Below are positions 53,180 to 64,000 of a stretch of DNA of 64,000 bases, piece after piece. The position numbers were made by a program, and so were the translations under genes. Source of the stretch: Lobosporangium transversale (Eukaryota); contig NW_019029009.1 in NCBI RefSeq assembly GCF_002105155.1, positions 1 through 64,000 of the forward strand, written 5' to 3'. The notes below the pieces were generated by a model. That model did no database searches and had not been told where the DNA came from. It was given only the letters and a program-made list of their open reading frames with translations. Position 1 is the first letter of the stretch; each line of letters opens with the position of its first letter.

Positions 53180-56100
53180 GGTGAAGGGGGGATATAGGTA
53201 TTAGGAGTGTTTAAAGTATGAAGAGAGACTGGAGGTACGATGAAAGACAAAGAAGAAGAAGAAAAAAAAAAGAAAAAAAAAAAAAAAGCGAAAGGAGCTG
53301 GTTAATAAACGGTTCGAGAGGGGCAGGGGGCGAGACCGGCAAGTATGTGATTTGTTTACATGTCTCAGGCAAACCAGAACTCTAATAAATTTTACAGCTT
53401 AACACGCCATTGGAGCAGTTCAAATTCATTTCCAAAACTGCAGCGCTTGTCAAAATAAAATCGTTCATCGTGATAATAATAGTAATAGAAATCTGTCTGT
53501 CTGTTTGCTTACCATTCGGCCCAAACCTTCTTCCAACACGCTTTTGGGCAGCACTGACGCCCACAGCTCTCCCCCTATCTTATTCTCACTTTTACTCATC
53601 CACTCACTTGGTCTCTCTTTCTCTCTCCTCTCTTTGTCTCTTTGTCATCCTCTCTTTTGTGGCAGTAGCAAAAGCAGACGAATAAGCACCTGTTTATTTT
53701 ATTTATTTATTTTTTTAAAAAAAAGAAGAAATGAGATGAACTGACAAAAATGGGGCCCTTGAAAAGTAAAAAAAAAAAGTTACACATGCAGCATGTATGA
53801 TCTGTTCTCCATATCTTTTCCCCAGTAACTAAAATTATTTTTTGAGAGCAAGCTGGGATGTATTGCAGAGAGCTCAAATCCATTCCAGCTCTCTTTGTTT
53901 TTACTTTATCTGTAAATAATGTAAATAAAACAAATTATATATATACATATATATTATATTTGTAGAAACGAAAAAAAAATATTCTATCTTCGGTACATGT
54001 ACCTGCTATTGAGCATTGGTTTATTATCAACTTATTAATATGTTATTGAATAGGTTTACTATATTCAATACATACCTAACACTCTCAGAACATTCATATC
54101 CTGTTAATAAAAGGAAAGGCAAGATTCAAAAATATGCCTATCACTTCATGCTTGACTTCAAGTTAGAAGTAAGGTAAGGGTTTTTTTTATTGTTGTTGGA
54201 TAAAAAAAAAAAAAAAACAAAAAAAGTTCTGAAGATAGAGGTCTGTTCTGAAAAAGAAGAGCCCACTTGACCTAGTTTCTCTTATAGTAGCTTTTTTGAA
54301 ATCACGATTTCGTGAGTTGAGACAACAGTGTATATCGGCCCCGTTATCTTTGTTGTTCTACGTACTAGTTTAGTATGATACACCTGTTATTGGATTAGGA
54401 GTTTACACACAAAGCGAATGAAATGATCAAATCCACTTGCGGTTCTCCAATCAATTCCTGTCTATTTCCGGTACAAAGAACTTTATCTTTTACGCACGTG
54501 TAATGCATTTGTTACTCCGTATTATTTTTTTTGTAGATATTAATAGAAACGGCTTCTAGGCAGCCCATGCACTCTTTTTTTATCCTTATTACACCATCAG
54601 AAATGTGAACATGTTGGTTGGAGATAGACTTGATGGGCGATCAGAAAAGCCAAATAGCCTACTAGACTAGTTCATTGTTCATTGTTTAGTATAAATAATA
54701 TTTATAACTGCTGGTATGTTTCCTGTGTGGAGAAACAAGGAATGGGTTCTTTATGATCCTGCCGAATTATATATATATAAACGACTTTGTAAAAAAAGAA
54801 ACCACGAAAACAGGAGAAAAGTAAATGCATATCTGCCCCCTCAACCTTCGTTCACCAAAGTCTGAATGTGTGCACATCTTTGCATTGGTAACAGCAACAC
54901 TGATTTGTGTTTTAATAGAAGAGCTATCTCTCTCATCTCTCATACCTCTGAATCTGGGATCTCTTCATTTATCGGTCCTCTAACATCCGGTCTCGATATT
55001 AATCACCGGTATTTTATGTTCGTCAAATACGTTGCCTCCCCAGGTTCGTCAATAGTTTGAGTGTTTCAAAAAGGAGTCCCTCTTACAACCACTTACATTC
55101 TTATACTCCAGGATGGTCGTGTTTTGTAGATACGGTCTTGAAGAATACTGCAAACGTGATGTTGGGACCAAATTTACAAGTTGATCCACAGTCATTATCC
55201 TACGTCATCATGTTGATTAACCACTGGTTATGAGAAGGTATCCACCATTTAACTTTTTATCTACAATCTCACAATCTAGAAGATGCACTCGAAGGGCCTT
55301 AAGAAACCAAGTTATTTAAGCTCTCATCATGTTAGACTGTCAAAAAGAGAGATATGCGACTTGAGAGCTTTTTCTCAAGGGTAAACATGGATTTTATTTT
55401 CGTGTCTCCATGCTAACTTGGTTGTGCAAAAATAATGCAATAAAAACTTTAATCTCATTTTAAACCTTGCTCGGTTTAGGTAAACCTTGCTACTGTTGAC
55501 TATTGGCACAATTCACACTCTATAAAAAAAAAAATACCGAAGAATGACTTTTCCATTTACAAAATACTTCTGGTTTGGTAATTATAAATGTTTAAGCAGA
55601 CATTTCCTCGGAAAGAGGACATCTTTTTACCTTGATCACATACGTTTCTTTCGTAAGCTATCAAAGAGAACAAGAAAGAGACGAGTAAAGCAACAACAAA
55701 AAAAAAAAAAAAAAAAAAAAGCACAACGAGGAAGTGATAGCGTGAGAGAGATTGGAGAGAGTGAGAGAGAGAGACCAAAAAAGAAAGCAAAAACAGAGAA
55801 GAGAAAAGAGGGTGCGACTGAGAGCGGGAAGGGATGGTTCATGTGTCCTGCAACTGGAGATGGACCGCATCAACATGAAAAAGGGTCATGAAATTTTATT
55901 TTCGGTTGGGCATGAGAGCTAAAAAGCCAGGAGCCAGCAGCCAGACATATTTATACAACCAACCCATTCCCGGACATGGATTTTAATACAGAACAAGACA
56001 AGAGAATGGGAGAAAAGAGAAATAGAGAGACATGTGCTGCATTGGTTGTCTTTAGTCGAGTTCAATTGATAGGGTGACAAGCGCTACTGCAAGTCCACAT

Positions 56101-56772
56101 GCACTGTAAGCGGCAGAGAGGAGCGCTGGAAAAATTGAGCAAAAAAAAAGAGCATTCAACAAATCGCAATAGGTAAAACAGACTTTAGTCTCGATTTCTG
56201 TCTGGAGAAACAGAGGGTTGGGGACAGAACTCTTTAGTCGCCATCATGACCTTCTATTCCTCATTCTCATTTCATTCTTACCTTTCCCCTCTTTTTTCTT
56301 TCTTTCTTCTTTTCTCTTCTTTTTACTTGGAGTTTCTTTTCTATCCTTCTTCTCCGCTGCCATCCCTCCTCCCTCTTCCGATTCGTGGTGTATTCTTACT
56401 CACCATCCCTTCCTGTGGCCTTCCATTTAGGCTTTCCCTTCCGTATTCTCTCTCTCTCTCTCTCTCACCCTCACACTCTCTCACCCTACATACTCCATCT
56501 AGGTCCTTTCCTTCACTCTTATCTAACTTTGGACACATCGACAGCCACAGTTTGCTCTTTTTCTTGATACTTCTCTTTATCAGAATACCCAAGAGTCTCC
56601 TTCTTTGACAGCTCAGCTGGCCCTGACTGCGTTGTAAAACCGCATTTATATTCTAGACAGAAAAAAGGTACACAAAAGGGGCTGAGCGTTCTCTTTCTCT
56701 ATAGCGCCTTGCCCTAACATCACTAACCACTAACCTCATTCTATTAATTGTCTCACATTTATTAGAACAAGA

Positions 56773-57885
56773 ATGAAAGCCAATACATCAACAAAGGCGA
56801 TGTTCGCCATTGCTGCGATCGTGGCGATGATTAGCACCGCCTCCGTTTTTACCACAGAAGCAGCGCCTGTCAATGTAATCAGTGCGAATACTATTGAAGA
56901 TATGGGTGATGTTATCATTGGAGAAATACATAATATCCAAAAGCGCCAGGAATCTTCACCCACTCACTCCCCAAACAATCCCAGAACAACACCTTCGCCG
57001 GACAGACCAAAACCAACTCCGACTCCACGTCCTACTGACCCTGAACCTATTCCTCCTCCCCCAAGGGAAACTAGCGCTACCAGAGCCAGAACTACCACCG
57101 CGGCTGCACCACGCCCTTCTCACACTACGGCAGGCGGAGGCACTAATCGCTCACAGTCGAGTGGAGGCGCTTCAAATCCTACAAATACTTCTGGAGCTGC
57201 TCCTTCAACCACATCACCTGCTGCAGGATCGAATGATGACAGTGTCCCTACTACGGTCTCTACCAAGGTCCTTATTGGTCTAGGAACCGTCGGAGGGTTC
57301 TTCGTCTTTGCTCTTGGAGGACTTGCTTTCTGTCGCCATCGTAAAAAGAAGAACTTGGCGTCTGCCTTGCTTCAGCAGACAGCTCAGTTCAATAACAATA
57401 ATCCATATGCTAAATTGCCAGAGCCTGTTGCCTCTCCAAAAGAGAGCCTACCGATGACCCCAACTAAGCCGCTTGGGACCTATACAGTCATTGATATATA
57501 CACACCCACGTTGGATGATGAAATTGAAATGTGCATGGGCGACTCAGTAACCATTTTGCAAGAGTTTGATGACGGCTGGTGCATGGGAATTAACAACACG
57601 AGAGGTGATATCAAAGGAGTCTTCCCAAGACACTGCGTGGAGATGGGACGGTATGAAGGATCCCAGCATGGAGCTCCAGGAGGCCCTCACTATCCACCCA
57701 GCCCAAGCTTCAAAGCTGCAGCTAACAAACGCATGAGTTCCATTGCACCCCCTAACGGCTGGGGCCAGGCCGGCTATAACAACGTTGCTGATTACCCACC
57801 CCAGCCTAGCCCACACTATCCCAATCAAGGACCTCCTTACCAAGGTGGAGGGGGTGGTGGATATTACAATGGTGGAGGGTACTAA
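56773..57885 (+). CDS. Type I membrane protein: signal peptide, Ser/Thr/Pro ectodomain, TM helix, cytoplasmic SH3 (Fus1-like architecture)
   Basis: TM VLIGLGTVGGFFVFALGGLAF followed by RHRKKK; SH3 'YTPTLDDEI..GDSV..DDGWCMG..GVFPRHCV'. Confidence 0.88.
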   Translation: MKANTSTKAMFAIAAIVAMISTASVFTTEAAPVNVISANTIEDMGDVIIGEIHNIQKRQESSPTHSPNNPRTTPSPDRPKPTPTPRPTDPEPIPPPPRETSATRARTTTAAAPRPSHTTAGGGTNRSQSSGGASNPTNTSGAAPSTTSPAAGSNDDSVPTTVSTKVLIGLGTVGGFFVFALGGLAFCRHRKKKNLASALLQQTAQFNNNNPYAKLPEPVASPKESLPMTPTKPLGTYTVIDIYTPTLDDEIEMCMGDSVTILQEFDDGWCMGINNTRGDIKGVFPRHCVEMGRYEGSQHGAPGGPHYPPSPSFKAAANKRMSSIAPPNGWGQAGYNNVADYPPQPSPHYPNQGPPYQGGGGGGYYNGGGY

Positions 57886-58048
57886 TAAAGCACTCTACAT
57901 TGTAACTTTCGTCTCCTTCGGGGCATCAATTCCCTCCTCTCCCGCCATTCTGTCGCGTGTAAGCTGCTTCTCTTTTTCGCGCCAGCCCTTCCATACACAA
58001 ATACTATTGTTAACTTACTTGCATAATATAAAAATAAAATGTAATATG

Positions 58049-58084
<36 letters not shown>

Positions 58085-59670
58085 AAAGGAGCGCGTTCGG
58101 ACAGAAGACGGCACGCACGTCTTTCTATCAAGGGTCATGAAGAAAGAAACAAAAAGAGACGTGCACAAAGACAGCCAATTGGATGGTAGCCAATCGTAAA
58201 CGTCATTGTGCACAAACAAGTTGACATTCTTTGTCCTTAATTTTCTTATCGATCATTCTCTATTCTAACATATTCAGGCACAGGAGAGGAAACGAGCCCG
58301 CATTTTGGAGCAGAAAATGTTTCATGCTTTTGCAGAGTGGTCAACTACAAATTCAATGCACCGTTCAATTGCGTACGAAAGAAATATCCACATCTGATAT
58401 TTTTTGTTCATTAGAAAATGCAGGCAACGATGTAGTTCGTTTGAGAGGCAATATAGACTACAGTATATACTTTATTATAGAATCAATCATCTAGGCTGAT
58501 GGTAAGAGAGCTGTATTTTCTGTGTAAAGGCATATGGATGTGTCTCTCAAGTTTGAATCGATTAATACAATTGGGCTGTTGTATACATTGATGATTGATG
58601 TTTGTACATAACAATGCGATGTAAAGGCGCTTGTTTTAGAGTGTTATCTAGAGGATAGGGATCTATTCTAGTGCAGCACCCAAAGGAGGTGATAACCCAC
58701 TCAACCCTTTCTTTTTCCTTTATGTAGTTCGACTGATGGATTGGCAAAGTGTATACAGAGTACTCCATTGCAAATAACAATAATAAAATTCGAAAAAGTA
58801 AAACGATCTATGGGCTCATTTTTAGTATTAGAGGAATAAAGTATAAGGGTGTACATCTCGAACCCGATGAAGCACTCTAAGTTATCCAGTACCAGCTCCA
58901 ATAGCAGTTGACCATGTTGTGTTATAGACAGTACTCTATCTCATATCCCTGGGACATAGCTGTGTATTTTGTATATGGGGCGCCTTTTTTTTTTACTTTT
59001 TTTTTTTTTTTTTTTGTTGTCGTTTTTGTTGCATGGAATTATATGCGGGAATGCAAGTAAAACTATGCTCTTGTTTAATTTGAGTCGATAAAAATGCATC
59101 TTAATATCCTAATCCTAACCTAATCCTTTTAATTAAGGATTGACACCGATGGACCGCATGGCAAAAAGGCTGTTTTATTCCTCTTTTCCTCCTCCCTTTC
59201 TTCCTTTCCCTTCAACTCCCTTTCACTCTATCCACTAACATTGCTGATATTGGCATCCTTTCTTCCCCCACCTGCATCCTCTATTTCTTCTACTCCGATC
59301 ATTTAATACAACTGTGGCAATCTTTGTATTTGTCACAATATTATTATATATTATTACAGGTTAGTGTTATTTTATTATTATCGCTCGCATTTCAACATCT
59401 TGCCTTATCGCCTGCATCTGTTCTTACGATGTCCCCGTTTAAATATTAATCTCTCTCACTAAAGCGATTGGCATGGAGATTTTTTACAAGCTTCCACCAC
59501 GCACACGCCGATCTTTTCTTGCAGGTGTTATCAGACATTTGAGTTTTCATAAACAGTTGGATCATTGATTGTAGACGTTTATTCATATCTCCTATATATC
59601 TCAGCCACCTCACTTTCTGCTTGCTCATACTCAATTATCTCCTCATCAAGTGTTGCTTGGCTTTATCTCA

Positions 59671-62226
59671 ATGTCTTTCCCAATATTCAGCTCTACAACA
59701 TTTTCTATGTCGGCATCCGGGCCTCTATCCTCGGCAACCTGGACAACTCCTGCATTAAATACGCAAGCAGCCCAGCAACAACAACAACAGCAGCAGCAAC
59801 AGCAGCATCATCACCAACAACAGCAACCACAGCAGCATTATCAGCAACAGCATCCCCAACAAGTGTCCTACCAGCAGCATGAGCTCCCTATAGATAAGAC
59901 TGGTACTAATGCACGGTTGGATAAAGGACTTCCTGGTGTTTCCCCGGTTGCTGATTCGGGAACCCTCGGTTTTAATGCTCGATCTGCAGCCACATCTGGT
60001 GTCATAGGTCCAGAAACGATGTTTCATATGGACCGTATGGACCATTCTTCTGCTGTACACCTCGAAGGCGCTCGCGGGGCACCTCGGACACAGGTGGAAT
60101 TTTCTCTTCCACATCTCCCAGGCAAGGCTCGCAAGAGACACAAGGTCGCGACATCTTGCAATCGATGTCGTCAAAACAAGGTAAGCGAATAACGAAGCAA
60201 TGAGCTATTTCTGCTATTTTATAGGCTGTCCACCTTCATACTGTGTTTCTTACTTCACTCTTTTACCTGTTGCCCTTTATTTCATCGTTTTATTTTTTTT
60301 ATTTTTTTATGATGGCTAGCGCAAATGTGATAGTGGGATACCCTGCTCCAACTGTAAAAAAAACAATGTCGACTGCTTATACACAGATGCGCAGCTCTCA
60401 CGTACCATATGGGGTGACTCGCCTCTTAGTCAAGAAAAGCTCTTGGGTGTCCCTGCCAATAGACCCAGTGCATCCAAAGGAGGTGCAATCTTGCCTTCCT
60501 ATGCATTAGCTTCTTCTGGTCCTCATCCATTGTTTTTTGGCTATAATTCAGCTGAGCAGATGGGTTTCCAGAGAGCTCAGCAGGTCTTGTCATCACAATC
60601 AAGACAGGTCTCTAAAGCATTGCGTGTTGCTCATCCTGGCCCCCGAAGCACTGTACGGCTCTTTCCGAAGCAAGCACAATCTACAGCTGCTGCAGATGGG
60701 AACAGCGAACGCTCTGGTCAGTCCCGAGGAAGAGGATCTAGTCAATTGAGTTTCATATCCTCCATTAGAAATTCATGGATCCTTGGCGGCAGCAGTTCTA
60801 CAAGTGGATCGCAACAGCATTCTGCACCTCCAGAACAGCAGCCTCGAACATCTTGGCAACAGGATTCGGCGAATCACTCAATCTCATCATCAGTTATGCA
60901 TTCACAATCTCAAGAAACACAAAGACTGATGCAGCAGGAACAACAGCGACAGCAACAGCAACAGCAGCAGCAGCAGCATCAATCTTATGAGGTCTTGGAT
61001 AAAGAGAGTAGGCGAGGGCTGCAGAATGAATGTGAATATCAGCACAACGAGAGAAGCTCTGAGCAATCATGTTACACCAAATCTCCTCCGGATTCACAGC
61101 CCAAGAGCCCCAATCTATTTCAAGCCACGTACCCCAGTTACGATGGTCTTGCTCTCGGGTTATCTTCTGGATATTCTTCAAGCGGGGTAATCAATTCATC
61201 CACTACGCCAGCTTCCGCCGCTTCTGAGTCAACTAGGCTCCTCATTTCGACCGGCGCCAGCGCAGGGGGGGCATCAAATCATGTCGCCACAACACCACAC
61301 TATACCCAGCAGCAACAACAGCAACAACAGCAACAGCAGCAGCAACAGCACCCGCGTCGCGACCCTGATATACAACATTATCACCGGCACTCGCGTCAGA
61401 ATGGGTATGATCCAGCATTTGAGGATGCATTCCAACAACTGATGCCTGAAGGAGTCGATGATTCGCGCCATAACGCTATCTATGCGTCTGCAGCCCCACC
61501 TTCTGTCGTTGGATCATCAACTTCTTTAGAAGGTGCTGCAAACCTGGAGGGCACCAATGAGATTCCTGCGCTATATCCAGGAGTCCATCGTTTTTACCGC
61601 TCCCATCACAGTCATCCTTCCATGCAACCGCCTTTTACTTCACTAGAAGAGGAGGTGGTCATGCCTCCACCGACAGAGGAGGAGATCAAACAAGCATTGA
61701 GGATGCAAAAGATCGCACGAGATATGCTTGCAATCAAAAAGTATGATTTTAGCATTTTGCTCCCACGCCACATTTCACAGGAGCAGGACGAGTTTTTTAT
61801 TGCCAGTGATATATTGCAGTCAACAGCAACTCTAACAAACGGCGGCGATGGCCTGAAAGAAATACCCAGTCATTTAACGTTGTTGCCAAGGGATGCCAAC
61901 TATCTGGTTGACGCGTTCTTTGAGGTATGTGAGAAAATATGAATCATATGTCCAATATATTTTCCCTTATTATGCTGACAACACGAGTGCGTGTTTTTAT
62001 TTTTTTTATTTTTATTTTTTATTCCGACCTCCAGCATGCTCATTTCTATTATCCAGTGGTGAACCGTGCAATTGTAGAGTTGCATCTGATGGAGCCGCAA
62101 ACTCCTCAGGCATTGTTTTTGTTGAACATTGTTTTTATGACGGCTTGTAAGCATCTGGCAAGGACAAGCGACATCAAGCGCGCCATTCAGTTTAGAGAAC
62201 GAGCAAGAGGTAAATACAATGTCAAG

Positions 62227-62257
<31 letters not shown>

Positions 62258-64000
62258 TTCAATCCTCAATCGACGCGACCGTAGGACAAACTCTAAAGTA
62301 TTCTACTATTTTTGTCGCCCGTCAAATACACGGCCAATTTAGAGCTGCAATTCTATATTGACGCCAAGGTCCGTCTAAGTAGGATGCAGGGCCTTCTCCT
62401 CGGCTCTTTAGTTATTTATGGTGTATTCAAAGCAGTCGTAGGTCTAGTACAAGTCTGTGGTGCCTACCATACACTAACCACCAGACATGCTGGCACACCA
62501 GGAGAAGAGGACCAACAGCAGGAAGAAAGTGAGAGATTTCAGCCGTTCCCTCAAGCATCTGTATCACCAAAAAATATCATCCCAAATCTTCAGGCAGAGA
62601 GTCAAGCTATCCAGTCTAACAAGGGTATCATTCCTGAGGCCGCATATCAAGCAAGGCTCTGGGCATTTTGGGGCCTCTATGTGCGTGATTCGATTTCTAG
62701 GCTCTACTTCGGATGGCCACATGGAATCGACTCGATGGCCATCACGGCTGAGCTACCGAAGATTGAGGGCTGCATTGGGTTTGGTGGAAAGCCAAAACCA
62801 AGCCATCACCAGCAGCAGCAACAACAACAACAACAACAACAGCAGCAGCATCAACAGCATGTCATCGGAAAGCGAAGGGATTTATCTTACAGACGAGACT
62901 GGAAACAGCCACCGGAGAAGAGACACAATGCAGCAAACCCGCCACCAGGTTATCGTAACACAGCACCTGATAGCGATGAAGAAGACGATGAAGATAATGA
63001 AGAGGATGCTCAAGGAAGCCATTGGGACAATAAGAGAGGTACTTTCGGATACATTCTTGATGACACCGACGATGATCCGGTTGACCAAAATCGAGAGCAG
63101 AGTGCGCGGGTTCCGTTACTGTCTGGAGTGGGTGGGCCTAGAAGCGTTGCCAGTGGATATAGTCTTCCAGGCAGAATCCGAGAAAGTATCGGCGGACCTC
63201 ATCAACAGTTCCAAGTACTCTCACCCAAAATTTTAGAGCAGCAGTGCCAGCGTGGTGGTCATCTTAACCATTTACGTTATCCTGCTGGCAACACAGGATC
63301 CACATCATCATTAGTCGCTCCGGAGGAGCAAGAGCTCAGCATTCACATGGAACGTATGCAAAAACTGTTAGATGCAGAAGAAGATACCACGGACGGTGGC
63401 TCATACGCTCGCTTACTATTTTTGGAAGAGATTCGACTATGGACATTAGGCCGCCGTGTCGCATACTACCTCGCGGGTCGCGTAAATCTCATAGGCGTCC
63501 CAGCATCAGGTTCAGCATGCCAGACACCTATAGCTACGAATAGCTCCACAACTTCTTCACCTCGATACGAAGCAGATGCGGAGGCAACAGCAGCGACACC
63601 AACCCCTGTAGGTAATGGAGACGAGAGTAACAATAATCTGGGAGTTCAAAGTCAATGGTCTGAACAAGCATGGCGTAAGGATGGAGAACTACAGAGTTTA
63701 CAGGCAGACTTGATTGCCTGGGAGAAGGCGTTGCCGGATTATATGAGATTCCGGCAAGACGTAGATAGTGAGGACGTTAACCACAAGGTGAATGGCAAGA
63801 TGGGTAAGTTGTCCAAAGGATGAAGAGAGGGCAAAAGCAAAAAGCAAAAAGCAGAAAGAAATACCTGAATGTTCAAGAGATTAAGTATCTCCTTGCATTA
63901 TCTTTTTCTATCTAGGCACCATGATCATGTCCTATTATACTATTACCATTATGTTACAATCATCGTATCTGCCTATTCAACAATACATTTCATCTCGCAG
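59671..64000 (+). CDS. Zn2Cys6 fungal transcription factor with fungal-specific TF domain and poly-Q tracts; runs off the window end
   Basis: SCNRCRQNK|RKCDSGIPCSNCKKNNVDC spans intron 60181-60319; 'LVDAFFE|HAHFYYPVVNR'; 'RLWAFWGLYVRDSISRLYFGWP'. Confidence 0.88.

Noticed and set aside
59101..59130. Telomere-like cctaat/cctaac repeats
   Set aside because: Only about three degenerate units; not significant.

Overview
Eukaryotic, intron-rich fungal DNA. It is probably an early-diverging Mucoromycota/Mortierellaceae-type genome; this is inferred from gene content, short GT-AG introns and codon style, not from a database match. The window holds about 11 host genes: a PXA-RGS-PX-Nexin_C sorting nexin, an HMT1/ABCB6-type ABC half-transporter, a DIC1-like mitochondrial carrier, a Doa10/MARCH6 E3 ligase, a cullin with Cullin-2 signatures, a TMEM135-like protein, a two-finger GATA factor, an F-box protein, KEI1, a GPI-anchored wall protein and a TM-SH3 mucin-like protein, plus a Zn2Cys6 factor running off the end. 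Two transposon islands are each centred on a tRNA gene. Island 1 (~19.5-25.0 kb, tRNA-Phe) has a self-nested Mutator-like element with a 9-bp TSD, a tRNA-like Pol III head, and an RT-less RNase H retroposon ORF interrupted by a 171-nt tail insertion with a 21-bp TSD. Island 2 (~46.8-51.3 kb, tRNA-His) has a GG..CC TIR element with an 8-bp TSD carrying a nested 375-bp foldback MITE, a candidate solo LTR 14 bp upstream of the tRNA, stacked retroposon tails, and a decayed intron-containing Crypton tyrosine recombinase. All exon boundaries were read by eye and are approximate.
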